A DNA stretch of 64,000 nucleotides from Acidobacteriota bacterium (GCA_022820545.1 JAJEFG010000023.1:14761-78760); one strand, 5' to 3'. Shown: positions 35,782 to 45,901, numbered from the stretch's first letter. The notes: generated by a model not told the origin, from the letters alone. Numbers and translations are program-made.

Positions 35782-37308
35782 CTACCGATCCTCGTCCGAG
35801 ATCCGCGATTGCCAGCGCTCGATCTGCCGGGCCGCGGCGTCCCGGCCGCCGAGGCCGAAGGCCACCGCAAACGCCACCGCCACCGCCCCCAGCACGATGC
35901 CGAAGGCAAGCTCGATGATCTCGTTGGCGATGCCCATCTGGCGGAGGCCCACCGCGGTCGTGAAGAGCAGGATGCCCACCCGCGCCGCCAGCGCGAGGAG
36001 CCGTGCCTGCGGGACCCGGCTGGCGCTGATGGCGCGCGCCGAGAGGTTGGCGAGAAAGACCCCGAAGCCCAGGAACACGACTCCCAGCAGGAAATGGCCC
36101 GTGAACTGGAGCAGCCGGCTGAGGAGGTCCGCCACGTTGTCGAAGCCCACCAGGCTGGCCGCCTCGATGCTCGCGAACAGCATGATCAGCGCGAGCACCA
36201 CCACCCGCACGACGTTCGAGGCCGTGTGGTCGTCCGCCGTCGCGGTGCTGGTCAGCCCGATCCGGGTCAGCACGTGGTCGAAGCCGGCCTGCCGGAGGAG
36301 GTCCCGGGTCAGGTTCGCGATGACGCGGCCCACCACGTAGGCGGTGAGCAGCAGCGCCACCGCCACCAGCAGGAGCGGCAGCGCGCTGAAGACCCGCCCG
36401 AGCATGTCGCTCGCCGGCCCCGTGATCACGTCGAGGCTCAAACGGTCGAGCCCCGTCAGGATCACCGGGAAGAGCACCAGCAGGTAGGTGATCCCGCCGA
36501 GCAGCGCCGATGGGGTCCGCGAACCCAGGATCCGCCGGAGCCCGAGCCGCTCCGTCGCCCGGTCGAGCCCCACTGCGGCGAGCAGGTTCGTGACGACCGC
36601 CTTCGCGATCCGGGCAATGAACCACCCGACCAGGAAGATGATGATGGCGCCGAGCACGTTCGGCAGGAAAGTGATGACCTGATTCACGACCGTCTCGATC
36701 GGAAGCAGCACCCCCTCGAGGTCGAGCGCCGCCAGGATCGGCGGCAGAAACAGAAGGAGGACGACCCAGTAGACGATCTCGGGGACCGCGTGCGAGATCC
36801 GGCCCGGCGGCCGATCGGTCCCGCGGTCGAGCCGCTCGTCCACGCCGGCCGCCTCGAGGGCCACCCGCACCGCGCGGCGGAGCACCGCGGCCAGGAACCA
36901 GGCCGCGAGCAGCAGCACGAGCGCCCGCCCCAACTGGGCGACCATCCCCATGATCCGGCCCAGCAGCGTCCCGCCGATGCCTCCGATCGCGGAGAGGTCC
37001 ACGACCGACGCGACCGCGGCCACGACCAGGATCAGGAGCCCCCAGAAGACGATCCGGCCGGCGATCGCCTCGACGTCCTGCTGGGAGGCCCGTTCGGGCC
37101 CGAGCGCCAGCCGGACGCCGCCGGCGACCCGGGACGCGATCCGCTCGCGAAGACCCAACCGGAAAAGGGCCCGGCGGAGCAGGATGACCACCACCAGCGC
37201 GAAACCGAAAGCGGCCACCAGAACGCCCAGCGCGATCACCAGGTGACCGACGGTCGTATCGAAGATCGGGGGCATCCGGCGCAGCAGGTCGGAGAGTGCG
37301 TCGAGCAT
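35782..37308 (-). CDS. TM-helix-repeat membrane protein (MscS-associated conserved TM helix family)
   Basis: Repeated units of hydrophobic helix followed by a short loop. It ends FGLGGRDAAARQIERWQSRI. Paralog of 46510..48093. Confidence 0.75.
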   Translation of the reverse strand: MLDALSDLLRRMPPIFDTTVGHLVIALGVLVAAFGFALVVVILLRRALFRLGLRERIASRVAGGVRLALGPERASQQDVEAIAGRIVFWGLLILVVAAVASVVDLSAIGGIGGTLLGRIMGMVAQLGRALVLLLAAWFLAAVLRRAVRVALEAAGVDERLDRGTDRPPGRISHAVPEIVYWVVLLLFLPPILAALDLEGVLLPIETVVNQVITFLPNVLGAIIIFLVGWFIARIAKAVVTNLLAAVGLDRATERLGLRRILGSRTPSALLGGITYLLVLFPVILTGLDRLSLDVITGPASDMLGRVFSALPLLLVAVALLLTAYVVGRVIANLTRDLLRQAGFDHVLTRIGLTSTATADDHTASNVVRVVVLALIMLFASIEAASLVGFDNVADLLSRLLQFTGHFLLGVVFLGFGVFLANLSARAISASRVPQARLLALAARVGILLFTTAVGLRQMGIANEIIELAFGIVLGAVAVAFAVAFGLGGRDAAARQIERWQSRISDEDR

Positions 37309-37470
37309 TCCGGGATGGTAGTGAATCCGGCGTCCACCATCCGGCGGCGGGCCGCCCCGACACGCCGGTGGAGCGGCGCCCGCAGCCGATCCCGGTGGTA
37401 AATTTCGCCGAATTCGGGGCCCCCATCCGCCGATTCCGGTCCGGATCCCGGGTTCCTCAAGGAGTAGGCG

Positions 37471-38775
37471 ATGCGGCGCAGGCGATTTCTCAGTTCGGTA
37501 GGCGAAGCGGGCGGCGCCGCGCTCGTCACCACCCTGTTCGGCCCCGAAACGATCCGGACCGTCGAGGCCGCGGCGCAGCGGACCGTGGGGACGAGCCCGG
37601 AAGACCTCGCCCGTGACGAGAACTACTGGAGCGAGATCCAGCAGGCGTTCAGCGTCACCCGCTCGATCATCAACCTGAACAACGGCGGGGTCTGCCCCTC
37701 ACCCCGGATGGTCACCGAGGCGTTCGTCCGTTACATCTGGGAATCCGAAGAAGCTCCCGTCTACACGATGTGGCAGATCCTCCAGCCGCGGAAGGAGAAC
37801 GTCCGGCAGCGGCTGGCAGTGCTGTTCGGGTGCGACCCCGAGGAGGTCGCGCTGGTCCGGAACACCTCCGAAGCCATGGAAATCCTGCTGCTGGGCATGG
37901 ATCTCCAGTCGGGCGACGAGATCCTCACCACCACCCAGGACTACGGGCGGATGCTCACCACGATCCGCCAGCGGATGCGCCGCGAGGGCATCGATCTCAA
38001 GTTCATCCAGATCCCGACCCCGGCGGAGACCGACGAAGAGGTCGTGGAGGGATTCCGGGGGGCCATCACCGACAAGACCCGGATCATCCTGATGTCCCAC
38101 CAGATCAACCTCACCGGGCAGATCCTGCCGGTGAAGGCGGTCTGCGACCTGGCCCGCGAACGCGGCATCGAGGTCATGGTGGACGGGGCGCACTCGTTCG
38201 CCCAGTTCGACTTCAAGCTCGAAGACATCGGCTGCGACTACTTCGGCACCAGCCTTCACAAGTGGCTGCTCGCCCCCAAGGGCACCGGGATGCTCTACGT
38301 GAAGAAGGACAAGATCCCGAAGATCTGGCCCATGATGCCGGCCCCCGAGCGCATGGACGCGGACATCCGCAAGTACGAGGAGATCGGCACCCATCCCGCC
38401 GCCAACTTCGTGGCCATCGGAGAAGCGATCACCTTCCACAACACGGTGGGCGCGAAGAACAAGGAAGCCCGGCTCCGCTATCTGAAGGACACCTGGGCCG
38501 ATCGCCTGTCAGCGCTCCCCAATACCGAACTCCATACCTCGCGCAACCCCAGGTTGAGCTGCGCCATCGGCAACATCAACCTGACGACGGTCGAACCGCC
38601 CCGGCTCCGCGACTACTTCTGGGAGAAGCACCACATCATCGTCACTCCCATCATGCACGAGGAGTTCCAGGGACTCCGGATCACGCCGAACCTCTACACG
38701 ACCATGGCCGAGCTCGACTACTTCTGCAACGTGTACGAGGACGTGGCGCGGAACGGCCTCCCGAAGTCGGCCTGA
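37471..38775 (+). CDS. class V aminotransferase-fold PLP enzyme with Tat-type signal
   Basis: MRRRRFLSSVGEAGGAALVTTL resembles a Tat signal. PLP-lysine context is SLHKWLLAPKGTGML. Confidence 0.85.
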   Translation: MRRRRFLSSVGEAGGAALVTTLFGPETIRTVEAAAQRTVGTSPEDLARDENYWSEIQQAFSVTRSIINLNNGGVCPSPRMVTEAFVRYIWESEEAPVYTMWQILQPRKENVRQRLAVLFGCDPEEVALVRNTSEAMEILLLGMDLQSGDEILTTTQDYGRMLTTIRQRMRREGIDLKFIQIPTPAETDEEVVEGFRGAITDKTRIILMSHQINLTGQILPVKAVCDLARERGIEVMVDGAHSFAQFDFKLEDIGCDYFGTSLHKWLLAPKGTGMLYVKKDKIPKIWPMMPAPERMDADIRKYEEIGTHPAANFVAIGEAITFHNTVGAKNKEARLRYLKDTWADRLSALPNTELHTSRNPRLSCAIGNINLTTVEPPRLRDYFWEKHHIIVTPIMHEEFQGLRITPNLYTTMAELDYFCNVYEDVARNGLPKSA

Positions 38776-38826
38776 CGCCTCCATGAACGTCGGATACCGT
38801 CCGGCGCCCGATGGGTTGACCCTCCG

Positions 38827-40323
38827 ATGATTCCAGTCGCGGCGACCGCCGCTCCCGCGTTCCGCCAGTACGACCACGACCCGTCGTTCTACGACGAGAT
38901 GTTCGACCGGGACGGGTCCGCACGGCGGCACTGCGCCGATTTCTTCGAGACCATCCGCGAGACGCCGCCCGACGACCTGAGGCAGATCCAGGAGCGGGTC
39001 ACGCGCTCGTTCCTTCACGAGGGAATCACCTTCACCGTCTACGGCGACGAACAGACGATCGAGCGCGTCTTCCCGATCGACTGCCTCCCCCGGATCGTCC
39101 GCGGCGACGAGTGGGACGACGTGGCCCGCGGGCTGGAACAGCGGCTCCGGGCGCTCAACCTGTTCCTCCACGACATCTACCACCAGGGCCACATCATCCG
39201 CGACGGGGTGATCCCCGCCGAACTGGTCTACGGCAACAAGCACTACCGGATCGAGATGCGGGGCGTCGAAGTCCCCCACGGCGCCTACGTCTCGGTGTGC
39301 GGCACCGACCTGGTGCGCACCCACGACGGGTTCGCGGTGCTCGAGGACAACCTGCGCGTCCCGTCCGGCGTCAGCTACATGCTCGCCTGCCGGGACGCGA
39401 TCAAGCGCAGCATGCCGCGGCTCTTCCGGCGTTCCCGGGTCCGGGACGTGGAGCACTACAGCCGGCGGCTGCTGGAGACGCTCCGGTCGCTCGCGCCACC
39501 GCAGGTGAGCGATCCGAGCATCGTCCTGCTCACCCCCGGCGTCTACAACTCGGCCTACTACGAGCACGCCTTCCTGGCCCGCCAGATGGGCATCGAACTC
39601 GTCGAGGGACGGGACCTGCTCGTCCACAACCGGCGGGTGTACATGCGCACGACCGCCGGGCTCCGGCAGGTGGACGTGATCTACCGGCGCATCGACGACG
39701 ACTTCATCGACCCGGTCACCTTCCGCGAGGACTCGGTGCTCGGGGTGCCCGGGCTCTTCCACGCCTACCGGGCGGGCCGGGTGGTGATCGCGAACGCCCC
39801 CGGGACCGGCGTGGCCGACGACAAGGCCGTCTACGCCTACGTGCCGCGCATCATCAAGTACTACCTGGGCGAGGAATCGATCATCAAGCCCATCCCGACC
39901 ACCCTCTGCCGGGAGCGGGAAGGGCTCGCCTACACCCTCGCCAACCTCGACAAGCTGGTTGTGAAGATGGTGGGGGAGTCCGGCGGCTACGGGATGCTGG
40001 TCGGTCCCCACGCCTCGGGCGCCGAGCGGAAGGAATTCGCGGCGGCGCTCCGGGCGAACCCGGACAACTACATCTCCCAGCCGACGCTCGCCCTGTCCCG
40101 CGCCCCCTGTCTGGTCGGGGCCCACATCGAGCCGCGGCACGTGGACCTCCGGCCGTTCATCCTGCAGGCGGAACGGACCGAGATCGTCCCCGGCGGCCTC
40201 TGCCGGGTCGCGCTCAAGAAGGGCAGCCTGGTGGTGAATTCCAGCCAGGGCGGCGGCTCCAAGGACGCCTGGATCGTGGACGTCCCGGAAGCGGACGGGA
40301 CCCCGGCGGAAACGGCCGCCTGA
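38827..40323 (+). CDS. circularly permuted type-2 ATP-grasp protein
   Basis: FYDEMFD...GITFTVYGDEQTIERVFPIDCLPRIV...EWDDVARGLEQRLRALNLFLHDIY, the characteristic N-terminus of this family. About 500 aa. Confidence 0.9.
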   Translation: MIPVAATAAPAFRQYDHDPSFYDEMFDRDGSARRHCADFFETIRETPPDDLRQIQERVTRSFLHEGITFTVYGDEQTIERVFPIDCLPRIVRGDEWDDVARGLEQRLRALNLFLHDIYHQGHIIRDGVIPAELVYGNKHYRIEMRGVEVPHGAYVSVCGTDLVRTHDGFAVLEDNLRVPSGVSYMLACRDAIKRSMPRLFRRSRVRDVEHYSRRLLETLRSLAPPQVSDPSIVLLTPGVYNSAYYEHAFLARQMGIELVEGRDLLVHNRRVYMRTTAGLRQVDVIYRRIDDDFIDPVTFREDSVLGVPGLFHAYRAGRVVIANAPGTGVADDKAVYAYVPRIIKYYLGEESIIKPIPTTLCREREGLAYTLANLDKLVVKMVGESGGYGMLVGPHASGAERKEFAAALRANPDNYISQPTLALSRAPCLVGAHIEPRHVDLRPFILQAERTEIVPGGLCRVALKKGSLVVNSSQGGGSKDAWIVDVPEADGTPAETAA

Positions 40324-40325
40324 CC

Positions 40326-41300
40326 ATGCTCGCCCGCGTCGCCGACAACCTCTACTGGATGAGCCGCTACCTGGAGCGGTCGGACCAGACCATCCGGCTC
40401 CTCGGAGTCCAGGTGCGCTCTGTGACCGACAACACCTCCGCCCAGGTGGCTGCCGGCTGGACCCGCCTCTTCCGCAGCCTGAAGGTCGCGCCGCCGGGCG
40501 GCGACCCGCTCTACAGCGAGCAGCTCGAGGACTCGTTCCTGCTCGCCGACGCCTACACGCTCGCGGACTTCATGAGTTTCGAGCGCGACAATCCCGGCTC
40601 GATGGTGTCCCTGTGGGGCATGTCGCGGGAGAACGCCCGGCAGGCGCGGCAGGAAATCACCCAGGAGATGTGGGGTCAGCTCAACCGGACCTACCTCTCG
40701 CTCCGCGACACGCGCCTTCACTTCTTCTGGAACAAGGAACCCGAGAACTTCTACAAGGAGACTTCCGCGCAGATCTACCTCTTCCGGGGCGTGACCGACA
40801 ACGGCCTCCGGCACGGCCTCGCCTGGGACTTCATCCGGCTCGGGCGGTTCATGGAGCGCATCCAGGTCACCACCGAAATCCTCGACAACTACCGCCCGGC
40901 CCTGGACGACGAGGACACCGACCTCGACTGGTCGCTCCTCCTCCGCAGCTGCGCCAGTTTCGAGCCGTACTGCCGGCACTACACGCCCGAAATCGATCCC
41001 TGGAAGGTGATGACCTTCCTGATCCACGAACCGGAGTCACCCCACACCCTCCGCTTCGCGGCCGAGGAGATCCGGAACGGACTGGGCCGCATCGATCCGG
41101 CCGGCGGCGCCCGCCACCCCCTGCAGGCCGCGCACCGGATCGCCGGTCAGCTTCGGGCGCTGCTCGTCTACGGATCCCAGGACCGCGAGGACCTCGCGGG
41201 CACGCTCGCCGAGGTGCGCCGGCTCGCCCGCGGGCTCCACGACGAGATCTACCGCCGCTACATCTTCTATCCCGCGGACCAGGCGCTCCCGGGCCGATAG
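40326..41300 (+). CDS. alpha-E domain protein (DUF403)
   Basis: The N-terminal signature MLARVADNLYWMSRYLERSDQTIRLL. Begins 3 nt after the ATP-grasp stop. Confidence 0.9.
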   Translation: MLARVADNLYWMSRYLERSDQTIRLLGVQVRSVTDNTSAQVAAGWTRLFRSLKVAPPGGDPLYSEQLEDSFLLADAYTLADFMSFERDNPGSMVSLWGMSRENARQARQEITQEMWGQLNRTYLSLRDTRLHFFWNKEPENFYKETSAQIYLFRGVTDNGLRHGLAWDFIRLGRFMERIQVTTEILDNYRPALDDEDTDLDWSLLLRSCASFEPYCRHYTPEIDPWKVMTFLIHEPESPHTLRFAAEEIRNGLGRIDPAGGARHPLQAAHRIAGQLRALLVYGSQDREDLAGTLAEVRRLARGLHDEIYRRYIFYPADQALPGR

Positions 41301-41321
41301 GAACCCGCGCCAACCAGCCAC

Positions 41322-42242
41322 GTGACCCCCGAAGACAACGTTTACCGCATCGAACACGTGACCCGTTTCCGGTACTCGGAACCGGTGCGCGAATCCGTCG
41401 TCACGCTCTATCTCGAACCCCGCAGCGACGCGTCCCAGCATCTCAGGTCCTTCCAGATCCACACCGATCCCGGCGCCGAACTCGGCAGCTACGAGGACTG
41501 CTTCGGAAACGCGGTGCACTTCTTCGACGTGCCCGGCGAACACGAACAACTGACGGTCACCTCCCGGTCCCTCGTGGCCCTGCACGCCAGCGACCCCGAT
41601 GAAACCAGGGGGACGGCGTGGGACGACCTGGAGGAGCTGCACACGCCTTCGACCTGGCATCTGCTCCACCCCACCCCGCTGACCCGGCCGACGGCTGCGC
41701 TCGATGCCTTCGTCGCCCGGCACGGGATCGAGCGCGGCGAAACGCCCCTGTCGTCCGTCCGCGAACTCACTTCCCGCATTCACGAAGCACTCGGGTTCGA
41801 GCGGGGACGAACGCGGGTGGACTCCCCGATCGACGATGCCCTGGCGGCGGAAAGCGGTGTCTGCCAGGACTTCTCCCACATCATGCTCGCCATCGTGCGG
41901 GGCTGGGGGATCCCGGCCCAGTACGTCTCCGGATACCTGTTCCCGGTGCACAAGGGGAGGGAGCAGGCCATGGCGCAGGCCAGCCATGCCTGGATCGAGT
42001 GCCTCCTCCCGGGCCTCGGCTGGGTGGGCGCCGACCCCACGAACAACACGGTTTCTCCGGGACATCACGTCCGGGTCGCGAGCGGGCGGGACTATCGCGA
42101 CGTTCCCCCCACCCGCGGCACCTTCCGGGGAGCGGCCCATCAGGAGCTGGAGGTCGTCGTCAAGATCTCGATGCTGGATCTGGAACCCTCCGGCGGTCCC
42201 GCACCCCTCGGACACGTGCAATCCTCGACACACGGCCGGTGA
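41322..42242 (+). CDS. transglutaminase-like cysteine peptidase family protein
   Basis: YRIEHVTRFRYSEPV N-terminal domain. Catalytic Cys context GVCQDFSHIMLAIVRGWGIPAQYVSGYL, then HAWIE ... DPTN. GTG start. Confidence 0.9.
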   Translation: MTPEDNVYRIEHVTRFRYSEPVRESVVTLYLEPRSDASQHLRSFQIHTDPGAELGSYEDCFGNAVHFFDVPGEHEQLTVTSRSLVALHASDPDETRGTAWDDLEELHTPSTWHLLHPTPLTRPTAALDAFVARHGIERGETPLSSVRELTSRIHEALGFERGRTRVDSPIDDALAAESGVCQDFSHIMLAIVRGWGIPAQYVSGYLFPVHKGREQAMAQASHAWIECLLPGLGWVGADPTNNTVSPGHHVRVASGRDYRDVPPTRGTFRGAAHQELEVVVKISMLDLEPSGGPAPLGHVQSSTHGR

Positions 42243-42400
42243 CGGCACGGCGCAACACCCGCCGCCTCGCCTGTTTACGTGTTGCGTTTCGACCGGAAAA
42301 CGCCGAGTATTCCTCGGTCGCGCGCCGCGTTCACCGGGCTTCTCGCCGGTTCCCCGACTGACGTGGGTTCCGTCTCAGGGCTGCTAAAGTTGACGCCCCG

Positions 42401-42877
42401 ATGGCACCGAGGCGCGGCCCTGCCGGTAAGTCGAAGGCTCCCGCCTTCTCCTGCAAGCTGGACAAGGACCTGGGCGAACTCAGCGAAATGCTCGTGGCGC
42501 TTGAGGAGTTCGCCGAAGAACACGGCGTCTCCCCGCTCCAGACCCAACGCATCACGCTCTCGGTGGACGAACTGGTCACCAACATCATCAAGTATGGAAC
42601 CCGGGCACTCGAACACACCCACATCCACTTGTGGGCCACGATCGTGGACGGGACCTTCCACATCGAAATCGAGGATCACGGGATACCATTCGACCCGTTT
42701 CACGAGGCGCCGGTCCCCGACACGACTCTTCCCCTCGAGGAGAGGCCGATCGGAGGGCTTGGTGTTTTTCTCGTTCAGTCCCTCATGACCACGACCAATT
42801 ACGAACGGATCAAGGATCGAAACCGGATCACCCTGACCCGGTCGCTTTCAGCCGGCGACCAGGAGGAAGCCCAATGA
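42401..42877 (+). CDS. anti-sigma regulatory factor-type serine kinase (RsbW/SpoIIAB-like HATPase)
   Basis: N-box LSVDELVTNIIKYG and G-box GGLGVFLVQSL. About 150 aa. Confidence 0.75.
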   Translation: MAPRRGPAGKSKAPAFSCKLDKDLGELSEMLVALEEFAEEHGVSPLQTQRITLSVDELVTNIIKYGTRALEHTHIHLWATIVDGTFHIEIEDHGIPFDPFHEAPVPDTTLPLEERPIGGLGVFLVQSLMTTTNYERIKDRNRITLTRSLSAGDQEEAQ

Positions 42878-43212
42878 ACCTGACGGATGAAACGAAGAAC
42901 GGAGTTCTCGTGCTCTCGCCCCAGGGGCGCATCGACACCCGCACGAGCAGCGAGTTCGAGCAGGCCATGATGGCGCACGCCATCGGGCCGGAGGGCGCCA
43001 CCCAGGTGGTCATGAATTTCGGCGGCTTGGATTACATCAATTCCACGGGGATGCGTGTCCTCTTGATCCTCGCCAAGCGGCTGGCCGGTGTGAAGGGCAA
43101 GCTGGTGCTCTGCGAAATGAAGGAGCACATTCTCGAAGTCTTCAAGATCAGCGGTTTCAATCAGATCCTGACGATCACCGACACCGAAGCCGACGCCCTC
43201 CAGCGGTTCTAG
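42874..43212 (+). CDS. STAS-domain anti-sigma-factor antagonist
   Basis: LDYINSTGMRVLL carries the phospho-Ser context. 112 aa. Its ATG overlaps the kinase stop (ATGA). Confidence 0.85.
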   Translation: MNLTDETKNGVLVLSPQGRIDTRTSSEFEQAMMAHAIGPEGATQVVMNFGGLDYINSTGMRVLLILAKRLAGVKGKLVLCEMKEHILEVFKISGFNQILTITDTEADALQRF

Positions 43213-43435
43213 CACCGCGAGTCAGTCCCGGGCGGGCTGACCGGCGGGGTCGCAAAACGGCGCCTCGCCGGATCCCGGGACCGACCTGACACCGTAACGT
43301 GACGCGGATCGCACCGCGTCGAGAACGGCTCGGAACGCCGGCATCAGCCGGCACAGCGGCCCGCAGGGCCGCGGGCGGACATCGCTACCCCCGCCGGAAG
43401 CGCTCGCGGCCGACGGAACCGGACCGGCAGCACGA

Positions 43436-44299
43436 CTACGTAGCGGCGCTATCCGCAACCGAAGTCGTCGAGACCCGATCCTTCCTCCACGGCTGGCCCT
43501 CCAGGTAGCGGCGCAGGATGGCCTGTTCGACGGCTCCCTGGCGCCCCACGGGGGCCGGAACGCGGACGAGCAGGTTGACGCGGTCGGGTTGATCGAATTC
43601 CAGCAGGACCCGCGGTTTCAGCGGAAGCCGGCTCAGACCGTGCTCGCGCTCGAGCGTCGCCATGTGCCGGCGCGCTTCCTCCAGAAACGGAGTGCACTCG
43701 ATCTCGGCAGCCTCCAGGAGAGCCGCCTCCGCCTTCTTCCAGTCGTCGTCGAGCGAAACGGGGACCGAAAGCGTGTGCACGACGAACCGGTTCATGCTGG
43801 ACTCGTTCGTGACCGTCGCGGTCAGCAGCATGCCGTTGGGAATGCTGATCGTGCGTCCGGTCCGCAGGTGACTTGGGGCCCTGGGGCCGACCTCCAGAAT
43901 CGTCGTCGAGAAGAGGTTGAGGTCGACAACGTCGCCGCGATGAGAACCCACCTCGATCCGATCGCCAATGGAGTACATGTCCGTCGCGGTGCGGACGAAG
44001 CTGCCGAGCACGCCCTGAATCAACTCCTTGGTCGCGATCACCACGGCGACGGCGACGGCCAGGATGGCGGTGCCGAAGTTCCCGATCGTCTCCAACCAGA
44101 TCGGCACGAGGCCCAGGGCGATCACCACCCACGCCACGTTGCGGATCGTGACCAGCCAGCGGCGGCGGATCTCGGACTTTGGCGCCGCCCGGCGAAGCGT
44201 CCGCGAAAGCGCCGCCCGGAGCGTCAGGACGAGCGCAACCAGGAGGACCGAGGCGGCGATCTTGAACAGAAGCGGACCGTCGAGAAACTGCCAGTTCAT
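43436..44299 (-). CDS. MscS-family mechanosensitive channel
   Basis: Three N-terminal TM helices, then YSIGDRIEVGSHRGDVVDLNLFSTTILEV...ISIPNGMLL (beta domain), then a C-terminal alpha/beta domain. Confidence 0.85.
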   Translation of the reverse strand: MNWQFLDGPLLFKIAASVLLVALVLTLRAALSRTLRRAAPKSEIRRRWLVTIRNVAWVVIALGLVPIWLETIGNFGTAILAVAVAVVIATKELIQGVLGSFVRTATDMYSIGDRIEVGSHRGDVVDLNLFSTTILEVGPRAPSHLRTGRTISIPNGMLLTATVTNESSMNRFVVHTLSVPVSLDDDWKKAEAALLEAAEIECTPFLEEARRHMATLEREHGLSRLPLKPRVLLEFDQPDRVNLLVRVPAPVGRQGAVEQAILRRYLEGQPWRKDRVSTTSVADSAAT

Positions 44300-44404
44300 C
44301 GGGCGTACTCAGTCCCCTCCAGCGTCTGGAAGGGTGCTCCTCTTCGGCCCTGAACCCATCCCCCAAGGCCCGGTCCGACGCGCCCGATTCTACAGCGGCA
44401 GTCC

Positions 44405-44436
44405 CCGGCGGGACGGATGAGTTGTCGTCCCGCCGG
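44405..44436 (-). terminator. hairpin downstream of the transporter gene
   Basis: CCGGCGGGACG-N10-CGTCCCGCCGG, an 11-bp perfect stem, located 3' of the 44475..45806 stop on the minus strand. Confidence 0.4.
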
Positions 44437-44446
44437 AGCGTTGGCG

Positions 44447-44470
44447 CGATGCCGGCCGGAAGCCGGGCGG
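44447..44470 (-). repeat. REP-like element core, copy 5 (diverged, reverse orientation)
   Basis: CGATGCCGGCCGGAAGCCGGGCGG matches the core with 2-3 substitutions. It lies 5 nt from the stop of 44475..45806. Confidence 0.45.
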
Positions 44471-44474
44471 ATCG

Positions 44475-45806
44475 TCACGCGCTTCGCATGGCGCCCCCCA
44501 GCGAACGGTCGAGCACCACGCACGCCACCATGTCTCCGGTCACGTTGACCGCGGTCCGGCCCATGTCGAGCAACCGGTCCACCCCCAGGATGAGCGCGAT
44601 CCCGTCCGGCGGAATCCCGACGCTGCCCAGGATCGTCGCGAGGATGACGATGCCCACCCCCGGGGTCCCGGGGGTGCCGATCGCCGCGCCGGTCGCCATC
44701 ACCACCACGAGCAGCAGACCGGTAAGGCCGATGTCCACGTCGAACACCTGGGCGAGGAAGAGCGTCGCGACGCCCTGGTAGACCGCCGTCCCGCCCATGT
44801 TGATGGTGGTCCCCAGCGGGACCACGAACCGCGCGATCCGCGGATGCACCTTGAGCGTGTCCTCGGTCCGGGCGAGCGTGAGCGGCATCACCGCCGCGGA
44901 ACTCGAGGTGGAGAACGCCAACAGGATCACTTCGCGGCTCGCGGCGAGGAAACCGAGCGCCGGCCGCCCCGCCAGGATCCGCACGAGGACCAGATACAGC
45001 AGGAACAGCGCGGCGAGCCCTGCCACCACCGCGACCATGTACATCCCCGCGCCCAACAGGACGGAGAGGCCGAGCCGGCTCGCGATGTTGGCCAGCAGCG
45101 CGAACACCGCGATCGGGGTGAAGCGGAGCGCCCAGCCGACAATGACCATGCACGCCGCCTGGACCGACGCGAGCAGGTCCAGGAGCGGCCTTCGCTGGTC
45201 TCCGGGGGTGAGAACCAGCGCGATGCCCAGGACGATCGCCGCGACCACGATCTGCAGCATGTCGTCGCCCACGAAGGTGGCCAGCGGATCGCGCGGGAAG
45301 AGATTGACGATCAGGTCCGGGACCTCGCCAGGGCCGGGCGCGTTGACCGGCGCGGCGTCCGCGGGCACGGCGCCGCCGCTCGCGGGCCCGCGCACCGCGG
45401 AACGGTCCATGTACTGCCCGGGCTGGATGGCGGCCGCCACCCCGAGACCGATCCCGACCGCCAGCACGGTGGTGACGAGGAAAAAGCCCACCGTGCGAAG
45501 GCCGAGGGCCCCGAGTTCGCCGAGGCCACCGCTCGTGTCCTGGGCGGCGATGCCCCCGATCACCGATGCCACCACCAGGGGTACGACCACGAACTGGATC
45601 GCGAGCAGGAAGAGTTTGCCCGGCAGGGACACCCAGTTGGCGATGAGGGCCGAGGTTTCCGGCGAGAGCAGTCCCGCGGTCGGCCCGACGAGGGCGCCGA
45701 AACCGACGCCGAGGATCGTGGCGACGATCACCCGCAGCCACAGGCGCTGCTCCCGGAGACCCTTGAGGTGCCGCCGTTGCTGCGGAAGGGACGCCGGTCG
45801 GGTCAT
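44475..45806 (-). CDS. dicarboxylate/amino acid:cation symporter (DAACS family)
   Basis: About 440 aa. Family motifs SSSAAVMPL and GTAVYQG, and a C-terminal DMGRTAVNVTGD. Confidence 0.9.
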   Translation of the reverse strand: MTRPASLPQQRRHLKGLREQRLWLRVIVATILGVGFGALVGPTAGLLSPETSALIANWVSLPGKLFLLAIQFVVVPLVVASVIGGIAAQDTSGGLGELGALGLRTVGFFLVTTVLAVGIGLGVAAAIQPGQYMDRSAVRGPASGGAVPADAAPVNAPGPGEVPDLIVNLFPRDPLATFVGDDMLQIVVAAIVLGIALVLTPGDQRRPLLDLLASVQAACMVIVGWALRFTPIAVFALLANIASRLGLSVLLGAGMYMVAVVAGLAALFLLYLVLVRILAGRPALGFLAASREVILLAFSTSSSAAVMPLTLARTEDTLKVHPRIARFVVPLGTTINMGGTAVYQGVATLFLAQVFDVDIGLTGLLLVVVMATGAAIGTPGTPGVGIVILATILGSVGIPPDGIALILGVDRLLDMGRTAVNVTGDMVACVVLDRSLGGAMRSA

Positions 45807-45901
45807 GACCCCGGAATGGTGAGCGCTCGACCGGTGAAGGTTCCGTACGCGCGGTGGACGGAATCTGGGAGGACTGCGTTCATCTCAACGTGAAAAGCCA
45901 A

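Noticed and set aside
33664-37401. 1,245-aa plus-strand ORF, the longest in the track
   Set aside because: It is antisense to two well-supported minus-strand genes (the FadB-like gene and the TM-helix-repeat gene). Its translation is low-complexity and rich in Arg, Gly, Pro, Asp and His, with no motifs. This is a typical high-GC shadow ORF.
43301-43320. Hairpin GACGCGG-ATCGCA-CCGCGTC and neighbouring GC hairpins between the STAS gene and the MscS gene
   Set aside because: These are plausibly bidirectional terminator structures. However, there is no U-tract, and many comparable GC hairpins occur by chance in this composition. They are not reported as features.
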